Source of the DNA: Negaprion brevirostris
Taxonomy: Eukaryota
Assembly: GCA_030324005.1 (NCBI GenBank)
Contig: JARDVH010000025.1
Location: 42,415,542-42,479,395, forward strand
Length of the DNA: 63,854 nucleotides
Direction: 5' to 3'
Below are positions 52,456 to 63,854 of the stretch, piece by piece. Both the position numbers and the translations under genes were made by a program. Numbering within the stretch: position 1 is the stretch's first letter; each line of letters opens with the position of its first letter. The notes beneath the pieces are model-generated. The model did not search any database and was not told the origin of the DNA. It was given only the letters and a program-made list of their open reading frames with translations.

Positions 52456-53336
52456 CACTGTGCCAACATGCCACTCCATTTGTGTTTACTCCACCACCAC
52501 ATGTAAAAAATAACAAGTTTTTCAAAAAACCTCAACAACCTCATCAACAAATCAAGGTATGTCTCCATCCTCAATAATAAGGCTTATGTGTTGTACATTT
52601 CTGTAGTCCTATTATTTTGCTATTCCAATGTACATAAGCCAATTTATTGTTTATTTTCAAGGTAGTATTTTCTCATATTCTCGCCTTGGTCTCCCAGAAT
52701 TCTCGATCTTATCATATGGCAGGGCAAGCTCCTAAATCCTATGTTTTCAAGTCTATCCTCTCCCATGAAATTATTCACATTCTTCATGATTATCCTTAGT
52801 ATTTAGAATGCAACTTGATCAGCTTAAGTGGCATTTTTGAGGGATTCCGGTGGGAGGCGGGGAGCATTGAACCAAACTTATCTGTTGTAATCACCACCGT
52901 TTAGCGATTTGATCGTGTGTAAAAGCTTTACGTAACAAACGCAATTCATATTATTTTCTTTGTGACAAATATTGCAAAGTTACTCTCTGCTACCGTTGAT
53001 TTTTTGCTTTAATTTTATTTTTAATTCATCTCTGTAATAGCGGAAGTGATGCACTTTTAGTGCTTTTCTGAGATGCACTTGCAAGTGTAGAATGTTATAA
53101 CATTTTTAAAACTTAGCAACGGTGACAAAGCGGTGACAAAGCACATCATTGACAAATGAAGGTACCACGAGGAAACAATATTTACTTCTGTCCGGCTGTC
53201 TCAATATTAGGTCAGCTTAAAATATAAACCCCTTTTAATGGTTTGATCAGAGAGAAAATTTTAAGGTAATAAATAGAATTAATGTATTCGCGACAGATCA
53301 TGCAGACTTGCCCTCAACAGTGATGGTCATGGTTTC

Positions 53337-53470
53337 TTTTGAAGATTCTCCGGCCGCGCTCGCGTTCAAACCGGAGAATCCCGCCTGAGGTCAATGGACC
53401 TTTGCGTGGCCTGCACCCCCGCCCGCCCGCTACATTTCCCGTGGCGGGCGGGACGGGAGAATTCCGGTCA
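53337..53470. mobile_element. ~130-bp GC-rich MITE
   Basis: gattctccggcc ... gggagaattccggtc. Shares internal tcccgcc.gagg.caa with 26960-27086. Confidence 0.7.
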
Positions 53471-54084
53471 CGTCGTCAATCGGACATCCACCGCAATGAA
53501 GTGGGGAATGAGTTGAAGCCCTCCCGGCAGAACAAAATAAAACAGTATCCATATATTTACTCGTGTGGAAAATGCCAACGAGCCTGTTACCCCCTACCCC
53601 CGCCGCGAGTTAAAATTAACTTAAATGGTTGCATGTGAAAAAGCAGTAATGGTGTATTGCAGAATCAATGTGATCAGGAAACTGACTGGTAGTTATTTTT
53701 GGAAATCGTAAAAAAAAGTTGGCCGTTCCAAAATTAAACTCGCCTCTTGCATGAAAGATCAGTCTACAGTGAACTTTGCAGGGTATCGCATTTACGTTTA
53801 AAACGAGTATGGGTCATTACTGACAACGAGCTTATTTTTATTTCGAGGTTACAAGGAACCTTTTCAGCAAATCAAGTTTGTTGTCAGTTTGTATGAAACA
53901 AAAAGCTCAATTTTGTCAAAGAACAATGAATTGACAAGACGGTTAGAGTACGTGTCGAGGAAACGGTTTTACTGGTAATGACCCGCACTTGTAAAGTTAA
54001 TGGCAGGAGGAAAAATAACTCTGGGAGAACTTAATAGCAGTAATAATTCGCAGCTGTTGTTTTGTTACTTTTCTGGGACAGTCA

Positions 54085-54550
54085 GATTGAGTTACACATT
54101 TTAAGAAGGATGTGAAGGTATTGGAAGGTGTGCAAAACAAAATTCACCAGAATGGTCCCAGGGAAGAGGAATTCAGTTGGGTAGATACATTTGAGAAGTT
54201 GGAACTGTTCCGCTGGGAAAGAGAAGATGGAGAGGATACGTGATAAAGGTGCTCAAAATCACGATGTGTCTGGACTGCGTAGGTAGGGAGAAACTGTTCC
54301 CATTTTTAGAAGAATGGAGAACCAGAGGCCACCGATTTAGTGGAATTGGCAAAAGAAGCAATGGCGACATGAGGAAAAAACTTTTTCCATGCGGTGATCA
54401 GGGATGCATCGCCTGAGACTGTGTGGTGGAGATATGTTCAATGGAGGCTTTCAAGAGGGAATTGGATCATTAGCTGAAAAATGATAATGTGCAGGGTCGC
54501 AGACGCAATGGGCCGAATGGCCTCCTTCTGTTTTGGAACCATTGTGTGAT
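54085..54550 (+). mobile_element. CR1 3' fragment
   Basis: ttttaagaaggatgtgaaggtattggaagg...agaaccagaggccaccgattt...gggccgaatggcctccttctg. Confidence 0.88.
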
Positions 54551-56768
54551 TCAAATGATCATCCCCATGTTGAGAAATTAGAGTCAGATTTAGAAAGTAA
54601 GAGACACATTTGATAAAACTATTCATGTTTTCCAAGATCTTCACTGTAGCTCACAGGTAGTAAACAAGAATATTGGGGAACGATAGCTGTTCTAATGGGG
54701 CGGATGAATCGTAGGTCCGGCTATAGTTTCATTATTTTTATATTTTAAGTGACAGCTTTAAGGGCAGTGGCCGAAGTGTTTCTTTTGAGTTACCAGCCCT
54801 TTTAAAAATGGCTATAAAGCGTTTATCTTCACGAGTTATATTCTTCCCCCGAAAAGCAAGAGGTGCCAAAGGTTGCAGAATCTTACTTTATTCGATTATT
54901 CTAAAATTTGGTATCTTCTTTGATCACTTGCAGTGCGGCCTCTGAACTTCACCCGAGAAAATGTAGGGCAGTCGCCTTACAGCCAAGCTAAGCGGACACT
55001 TTAGCTCTCCCGTCCCTTTGTAAAAAGAGTCAATGGAACCGGGACGGATATGCCATCCCCTTATAGTCACCTGGTGACGTGACAGCTGCGAACAAGCAGT
55101 TTCTGTCCCCTGTGTCTTTTCTTAAAAAAAAGTCGCTGACGGAGATTGGAGCAGGCTGATCGGTCAGACGTGGAGAAAATAGAAAGCTGGGCTGTGCACG
55201 GTTCACGGAGCTTGCATTGGGATAGCAAGGTGCAGGGAATGTCAAAACAATCACAACACATCAGCACAGGTTACCACACACAGACAGCAACACAAAAGCG
55301 GGGGTACGCGCGACCAAACGGAAGCAACACTCCAATACCGGTAACTTAGCGCAGAGAACCAGTGAGGCAAAGCACGGAGGGGAGAGAAGCACAACCATTG
55401 GGTATAGACTGGTGCTGAAGGCCTGAATACAAGCAAAAATGCTTGGTACCATCAGTACAATAAAATATCATAACATTTGTGATCACAATAGCCCTCAAGT
55501 AAGGAACACCTGACAAGAGCATAGTAAAATGTTACAAAGCAGAAAACCGTCATTCGTGTATCCAACAAACACAACCAGCATATGATACAGAAACAACAAT
55601 GGCCAACACACCACTTGCAATATTACGTGAAGAGTAGCAGCAAAACCATCTCAAGGGATGGTGAGGAGAAAGGACACGAGCAATGGAAAGCAACATCGAG
55701 TTTATATATATATATCTAATACTTATTTTCTAAACAAAAACCTGACATACTTTGTTACACCGCCCATCCTTTGGATAAGATTAATGCTGTCTTCAATCTT
55801 AATTCGGAAAATGCAAGGGTTAATTTGTCCAGCGAAGAGTAACGGTATAGCCATCTGCATTTCCATTTTGATTTCGTCTACCAATGACAAACGCTGACGG
55901 GACTAACATTTGTAATTGTATTTATCTGATAAATGTCTAACCCTCTGATTGTCCATTTGCCTATCCATCTCTACTACTGTTCAGTGCTTCCATCCTTCCT
56001 TCCACCCATTCATTAAACCGTCCGTCAAACCATCTTTCCATTGCTCCATTTGTCTAGCCATTAATTTATCCATCCCTTTGTAAACATTTCTCGGTAAACT
56101 GAGGATTCTTCGTGATTTCAAACTTTTTTGGGAACGGTTACAGAACAAAATCTTAAACTGGACCTTCTCAGCGTGTTTTATTGTTAAAACTACAGCGTGG
56201 TTCTTCAAGAAATTATTCTCGTTTTGTTGGATATGTAGCGAAAGTGGAGAGTAAAAGGATAGTGGCAATACTTTAAACATTAGATTATTGAAAAAGTTAT
56301 AGGTAATTTACATGTATAGACCTGATGGCATCAGACCAATCCTTAATCTATTAAATTTGCTGCCTTTTATTTCATACTCAGTGCATGTTACACATATTCA
56401 TGTCAATGCATTCTGGTCCACTCCCCAAAAGTATCCTCAACAATCCCTGCATAAGCTACCCAACGTTCCGTCCCTCAGGTCCAGAAAAGTGTCTCAGATC
56501 TGGCATCAAATATATTGACGAGACAACTTCGGTATTTTAATTACAAACCATGACGTGGGATTACATTTAAATGCACTATAAGCACGCTTAAACAACATCA
56601 AAAAATAATGCTGTGTGGATTCCGAAATCACTCGATTTAGTGGACAATTTTGATATCGGGCTATACATATATTTATATTTAAGCAGGTTCGTACTACATG
56701 GTTAGTGGAATACATAATGAGACTGAGCAATTTAACCATCCATTTCAATTCATTTTCACATTCCATAC

Positions 56769-56829
56769 CCTTTTTAATGACAGATTGGTCCAATAAACTC
56801 ATGCCCGTGGTACCCGTGTCATCCAAAGC
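56769..56829 (-). CDS. TFAP2B: TFAP2B exon 3 (61 bp): ALDDTGTTGMSLLDQSVIKK+G
   Basis: Acceptor ...ttttatattaacag and donor gtatgg. Carries the AP-2 motif GMxLLDQSVIKK. The phase-1 end joins exon 4 to make Val. Confidence 0.93.
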
Positions 56830-57265
56830 CTGTTAATATAAAAAAACACAGTTAGGGTCATATCACTATTCAAATTGACTTGATATTAAACAGTCATGTA
56901 TATAAATCAAGTTCAATCGAACTCGACTATCTGTTATTTCCATTTATATTACCTGGTCGGAGGTTTATTATTCTAAGAAAAAATTACCAGACGAAATCAA
57001 ATTCACCAGAATTACATATTATCAGAAAATAAGCTGTCCAACATCTGGGACCCATGACATTTTTTATTATCGACTGCACGGACTGCACAGAAGAAACACG
57101 TAAATAAAAGAAACTGTTCTTTTATTATAATGTACAACTCTGTAAGCGAATTAGGTATATTTTACCCGAGTGGTACAATATATTCATGCATACATGTAAA
57201 TAGAATGGCACACAGATATATCATTCTCTCTTGCAATAGATAAACGTACATACACGCCTATGTGG

Positions 57266-58068
57266 TGCATAGCTACTCTAATAGTTCATGAGATATATGC
57301 ATGCCGATGCGGTTCAGATAAAATTCTACGTGGCCTTTAGCATGTATTGTGATAGCATCGCAAATAAACACTGACATCCTTCCAGTGCGTGATATAAATG
57401 AATGTAAAGGAGTAAACAATGAAACTGTTATTTTAGCATTGAAAAGAGTTCCAATTAAGCATGTGATGTTTTAGACGTTTGTCAATAGGAATATAGCGTA
57501 CTGCAGCAATTGGCATACAATGGGCCGCACGATGACTTTGAAAAAGGCGTTTAACTAGAGTTTGTAATTTAGATATGACTGTGCGCTTCATTGACCCGTG
57601 GGGAACAAGGCAGAGCAGAATCTTACCACATCCTTAACTAAACCATGATCATGAAACTGCTAAAGATTTTTTTGAATGTGCTTTTGTATTCAGGTGCTTG
57701 TGATAATCTGACTCTTCAGATGATGCCGTATGATATGCACGGTCATTTCTGAAATGATTAGTTTGTTTTTGTTTTAATGATCTCAATCCATATTGTTTAG
57801 GTAAAATAATGACACGAACTGAGTGATATGTAACTGAGCGAACTCTAGTATGTTCTCTGGGTGATTACAGATGCATCGTCTAATTGGTTTATCTATGCTG
57901 GTTAGATGTATATATGCTGCATAGCTACTGCAATAGTTCATGATATATATGCATGCCGATGCGATTCAGGTAGAATTCTACGTGGCCTAGTATGTATTAT
58001 GATAACATCGCAAATAAACACTGAAATCGTTCCAGTGTGAATGGCATAAATTATGTAAAGGAGCAAAC
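57266..58068 (+). repeat. Diverged ~150-bp direct repeat pair (57266-57417 and 57918-58068)
   Basis: Both copies read tgcatagctact..aatagttcatga.atatatgcatgccgatgcg.ttcag.ta.aattctacgtggcct..tgtatt.tgata.catcgcaaataaacactga.atc.ttccagtg...tgtaaaggag.aaac. Offset is 652 bp. Confidence 0.92.
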
Positions 58069-61000
58069 GACATCCTGTGTTGAAAAAATACAACAGGTTT
58101 GTTATTGGGCAAAGAACGCTTCTATCTGGACAGCTACAATCCATACAAACGCAGTGCATTCATAATTTCAACTCAAAACAGCTGTGATAATTTTTCCAAA
58201 TCTTAAAACATAATGTAGAAGGAAAACTGATACTGAATATTGGCGAGCAAGATCTGCAAAAGAGAACTGGTTCCACCTTTCAGATTTAAGGTTATAGAGG
58301 AAGCGCCACATTATCTTTCCGCTAGTCCTTCAGCTTTCTCGAATTGCAGTTTTTTTAAAAAAAGATTAAGTTTGTCTTTATTTACTCAATCCCTTAATGA
58401 CGCTATGTTTTTTTTTACCTGTGTATTTAATGTTGGCACAATGGTTATGGTTGGTGTGGGATTCCTAATACCCAGGCAGCAGTATTTTTTACGTCGGCAC
58501 ATATAGAGGTGAATTGCTCTTCGGTATATACAGAGAGAAAAATCCGCAAACGCAATTTACTGTTACAGAAATACTCGACGGAAATAATTTTTACGAGAAC
58601 GTGGTCACGTCCACGTNNNNACGTGCCTCTGAGACACGTGTTGTTGTCTTTCATTGATATTGGGTATTGGGGCGATAGCATGCAAAGTGAAAATAAGATG
58701 TCATTGCTGTGAATGCAAAACGTTTTGAGTCATTAAAATACGCCGAAATTCGCTCTTTGGGACATCAGTTTAATATGCTTTGGTATATGTTGGGCCCGGT
58801 GTGTAGTGTGAAGTTTCATTTTGATATTACAATTAGTTCTGTTTGTTTAAATGTTAACATGTAATATAGTGGAAGGTGAAATATGGTACACATAGATCTA
58901 AATAATCTTTTTTATAATTTAAGATGCGCTTGATTTGATCTACTTGGTCAATAGGTTAGCAAAAGTATTTTGAGGGGGTGGGGAGTGGGGGCGGCTAGTG
59001 CTGCAGAACTTAAACAGAATGTTAAGAAGTTTATGTAGCTAATGAGAAAAGGTCTACTTTGATTTTCTATCTAATTATCACCGCCTGCTGGGTTTTTGTA
59101 GAGGATATTCACGCAGCATGTTGGCAGTTAATAGTCACAGAGAGTATCATAAAGATTTAATTAGAAATGCATGCGGAAATGAGGGAAAAACAACTCACAC
59201 TTTTAATTACCAGACTCTTTGCTTTAAAGGGATGAGAACAGCAGGATTTTAACAAATTGCGAGAGGAAACGCGTGCACGCTTACAAACAGTTTACTGAAA
59301 TGTATTCCCCTTGCATTTCACCTCATTTTTATTGTTTGCTTTCCTTTACACGTGGTGTCTGCAGTGACGCGCCCTCTACACTTCAAAGGACTCGCTCTGG
59401 AATTAAAGTGAACGGGGGCTTAAATTTTCGAAGCCATAGCGTCCAATTTGCTCACAGCCTGCGTGTGACTGTCTTACATCTACAATTAGTCAGGCTCTGA
59501 TGTATGCACACTTATGTCCGATTTAGAAGCAAGGTCGCCAGTAACCACATGGTAGGCAGGGGAGGGGAGAGGGGGGAGGGGCGAAGAGTAACTATTTCAC
59601 CAGCGGCATATCCCGCCATGTTACCACATTTCCACAAGGATTTGGAAACTGCCCGAAAAAGCGGCTGGAATTGTGAGATGCCGTTTATAGCACTGCCTAC
59701 TCTGCTGCCAAGTTTTTTAAAAAATCTACTTTCTATAGGTCGCAGGTGACTGGAGAGAAGATGGCATTGTTATTAAAACAAAGCCATGGAATTCACTGGT
59801 CCCAACTGAAACCCACAGCTGTCCAGATGAAATCTTCTTGGCAATATTTACAGTCCAGATTACATGCAGACTGACAGAAGCACACACTGCCCAAGCGCGT
59901 TTCACTTTCCACACGTTAATGCCCTATTTACTGATAACTCATATAAAAATATCAGCGTCAGTCTTTTATGGAGCGAAAATCGCTGGTAGATGAATAGAAA
60001 GTGTGACAAGGAAGGCACTCAATGGGCTGATACCAGATGGGGACGGTGGTTTACATAGCTTAACGAAAGGACATTGAAAATGCCGACAACATTCCTCAAC
60101 TTACAACAGGAACTTATTTTTATTAAAGCCCACTTCCCCCCGCCCCCTCTCTTATTAAAAACTGGCGCTGACCCCTTACGAATTATCATGGTGATTATCT
60201 TAAGCGGATGTTATCCTTCATGTCATGTTAAAATCGAAATAATACTTATATTCTTCCTGTGCTTTTTAAAAAAATATTTATTCAATTAATTGTTGATAAG
60301 ACGTCCAATCTATTTCAATCGAAATGCGATGCTTAGTTTAAAAAAAGATTATTATCACAAAGGACAGTTTGCTAAATTAGAACCAACTTGATCTTAAGGG
60401 CGAAATACATGGTTAGAGATCATCGTAAATGAACCAAGAAAACATCAATCACTTTTCTCCTCTTTTCCCCCTCCTTCTGAGTAAAAATCCATTCGGCGAA
60501 ATTATGATTAATCTTGACTCGCTTTAGTGATGTTTTCCTGTTCAATTAACCAGATACTGCCAAATTTAAAGGTAGCGAGAAGTATTGGGGGTAAAATTGC
60601 TCTAATTTACACACCACAACTTTACTCACAAATGTTTGTCCTTTATTCCTTAAAATAATGGAGATTTTTAAAAAGTTATTATTCTGTAAGCGTTCCAGTG
60701 ACTCACTAAAACCCTAGCACTCAAACTTTTTTTCGCCGTTGATCACCCCGCGCCTCACAAGACATTAGAGGCAGAGATTTTACTTTTGTACCTCTCCCTC
60801 TGTTCCTGGTTTCTCCCAGCACTTTACCTGCTAAACCAGGACATACTAAACTCAACACAGTATTCAGCAATGTGACATTCTATTTAACCCTCAGTTGCTC
60901 GCATTATTTACGAGTATGGACTGAGTACATTGTATTTTCAAAGGGAGAGAAAAGGTAATAGTCGGCATAGGTGACTTGTTTAGTGATGTTTCACCTGGGT

Positions 61001-63854
61001 TCAGAACGCATTAAAAACGCCCAGAAATATTGAAGATTTAACCATTTACGGAGAACAACCATCGTTAAACGTGCTTTCAGGCTGAAGGGGATTAGATTGG
61101 TTACAATAATCTGTCATTTTATAGGATTTCCCAGGTGTATTTTCCGATTATACTTTCCTAATGCATTTATATTAATGAAACATAAACTCTTGACTTAAAA
61201 CCTATTATTCAGTTTAAATATTAAGCTTTCCCATTTCCAATATGTCGGGGCGAAAAAATCCATACTGTTATCATTGAAATGCCATCGATTATGTTGGTTG
61301 AAATGGGTTAATAATTGTTCTTTCACTATGCTCCTAAATGTTCAATATGGCTTGGCGTATTGATAATATTCTTAAATAACATCAACTCAGTTTTATGACT
61401 TGTCGCCTAATAATAAGAAAGGGGAATGCGAATCGAACGGAAATGGACGGATTAGAGGTGCAATTAAGAAGTTGAGCATTTGTGCCAAAATAAATATTAG
61501 TGAAGAAATCTCATTTTGCACCATATGATTACAGACTCTTTGACTTTAATTTGTCAAAAGAGCAAAAAGGGTGGCAGGGAATTCAAAGGCAATTGCGGGG
61601 ACGCTAGTGTGAATTGAATAAACATTCAAGGTTTCAGATTTCTCATTTTATAGTCCGATGCATGCACAAAGACCACGAACACTGCGCTTAAACAATGCAA
61701 CGCTTCCTATGAACAGGCACTCCTGGCGGTATCAGCTGCACGACACTATTTTTGATACTAACGGGAAGTGTATTTTGATATTGTCCCGCTCCGCAATCCT
61801 AACATACTCGCACAATTGACTTCTCTAATTACCGAGGACACTTCCCCTTTACTTGAAGAGCTCTTGCGAACGCTACACCAAAACACGCCATGTTTTCTAC
61901 AGAATCTCTCGGTCCTATTGATTTTTTTTCAATGTCCTATTCGACAAATGTAACCCGAACCAGGAATGGGGCCGTCTGTATAATCGAGATTTTCCTCTTC
62001 AATGAAAAGGCCCTCCCCTCATGAGTTTACCAGTTTGAAAAGGCAATGAGGCCGAATTGGACACAATGGCCTCGCAAATAATGAGCGGCTCCCATTTGTA
62101 GTAAACATTGCGCTGAATCTTAGTCTTAGATTTTGGGAACTGCTCCCTTATTTGAAGTTTGAATTCAAGGTAATTGTTATGGTTGGGAATTCCATTTGTC
62201 GGCTGAAGTATTATGGTAATTGCCTGATATAATAAATATGGATCAATTTTGTCTTGGACAATAAGTATTTTATACAATTGGACGTATCAGATGTGAATTA
62301 CCATTCCATTCACATTGACTGTGCGCACACGGGGCAATTTCTCTAATAATGAATGCAGTTTTACAGCAAATAAATGCTTCGGAGAAGTATGGACACTGGC
62401 ATCATGGTAAGTTATCTTACTGATGCTGTAAAGTTCAGTAATTATACAACAAAATATCATTTTAATTTCAGAAGGAATCCCATTGAAGTGTTGATTTGAG
62501 ATGTGCACACGTATCAACGTGGGATTTCCCCCGATTAAATTTATGGCTGACGCTAATCGTCCTGAAGTGAAATCACAAAACAATATTCTAACGATGGAAA
62601 ACGCACTAAGACATTGATAGAGTCCCGCGCTGCATGCATAATTTTAAATGTGCAAAGAAAAACATAGTTATGACAAATTGCCTGGGCCTATCATAATGAT
62701 GCAGAGAATGAATAAATGCATGGTTAAATGGGAGCCTCTCTGTAGTTAAAGCATGCAGCTACAAGCCTACTCGTGCTTGTGTAGTCCCCTGCTGAAAATG
62801 CGAACACGCGCACGAAAAATGTCACGGTGAAGACAGCAATACAATAAGTGATCTTCATAGACCGTGCTTTGGAGCTATCAATAAATCTACATCATCCTCT
62901 CATTCGTTCAGGCAGTAGCAGCTATCAAGTGAATAAGCTTTAGAAGGACAGATGTCAAAAACAATCCGAAATTTGTCCCCTGTGAACATTTGAAAGTGAT
63001 AATATTCTTCTTGCATAAATCAGCGCGGCATTTAGCATGCCCCATCCTTCTCAGCACTTAATCTTACTAAAAACGACCCAATAACAATAGAAATAAAGGG
63101 GCCACATTATCAATTTATACTGATCTACCCAGGACAGCATAGAGGCCAAGACAGTCACAAAATGCAAGGTTAAGCACTTTGTGAAGTCTTGATTTGGTGA
63201 TGCGCTTATTTACATATTACTTAGGTGAAAGAAATTTATCTTCCGCGAAAGCCAAGGACGTGTTTGCCCAGTGAATTGCTCCTAACTGAATGGTCATATA
63301 CGGAGGATTGAATGAAAAGATTAGGGCGACAAAGCTGCAAAGAAGCACACTTAGATTATATCTGACTTGCAAGCTGATCCAAAAGCTAACATTCAAGACG
63401 ATTCAGGGAATGATGTTCTGTAATAAACTCTGTTTTTATTCAACAAATACGAAGAGGCAATGATTGCCGATTTTTAAAGGAAATGTATGCATGCTTTGCA
63501 ATAGCCAATCGTGACTTCAGAATTAAATGCTTGTAGTTCTAACATTGCCGAAATGTTGCAAGGTGCTAGATATACCATCGTTATGGTGAAAGCGCAATCG
63601 CTAACTACAGCGGCCATCTTTGTTTATGAGTAAGTGCATGTTTTTCTAAACAAACCATGTTTTCTTTCTTAAAAGACATTCAGAATTATTCAAACTTCAA
63701 TTGCTTATAATATTCCCAGCTTGGGCATGTTAATAATGTATGCACCAATCTCCAAAATGCTGGGGATCCTTTCAGACACATAAAGACAATCTATTCAGCA
63801 AATCCGGCACATTAGTAGCATTCAATACACATATAGGCTTTCACTGGATAAGTG

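Larger units (their letters stand above)
25833..56829 (-). other. TFAP2B: AP-2 transcription factor gene (TFAP2B-like), coding exons 3-7; 5' exons lie outside the window
   Basis: Five exons join in frame (837 bp, 278 aa plus stop) with GT-AG introns and matching phases. Peptide: [36 protein letters not shown]...[54 protein letters not shown]...[13 protein letters not shown]. The 61-bp exon 3, TSLMMNKD and the [15 protein letters not shown] tail are TFAP2B-like. Confidence 0.85.

Noticed and set aside
53119-53141. 11-bp tandem duplication cggtgacaaag; other small duplications at 29146-29190, 31583-31635 and 57072-57090
   Set aside because: Ordinary slippage-type micro-duplications.
56830-63854. 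Search for TFAP2B exons 1-2 (PPYFPPPY activation domain)
   Set aside because: No such coding sequence was found. These exons must lie beyond the window.

Overview
Eukaryotic (vertebrate) genomic DNA, almost certainly from a shark: it is rich in HE1-type SINEs, CR1/HER1-type LINEs and short GGGC/GGCC-ended MITEs, and it is a gapped draft assembly. The only host gene I can support is an AP-2 transcription factor, best matching TFAP2B, on the minus strand. Five coding exons (exons 3-7; 61, 217, 119, 142 and 298 bp) splice in frame at canonical GT-AG sites into a 278-aa C-terminal part containing the basic DNA-binding and helix-span-helix domains. Exons 1-2 lie beyond the right edge of the window. 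A ~5 kb 3'UTR probably ends near 20.7 kb. The first ~19 kb is downstream intergenic DNA, dense in nested transposons: CR1 LINEs, HE1 SINEs, a decayed PIF/Harbinger transposon, MetaSINE-like and LF-SINE-like elements, and a U2-snRNA-headed element. Intron 4 holds a 15-bp minisatellite split by a young CR1 insertion. Most other ORFs in the track are spurious or transposon-derived. I found no clearly new multi-gene system. The best leads are the U2-headed SINE-like element, the AP-2-site-like minisatellite inside the AP-2 gene, the mixed paralog character of the protein, a CpG-retaining domain over the gene, and several candidate enhancers. All family assignments come from recalled consensus sequences, not database searches.
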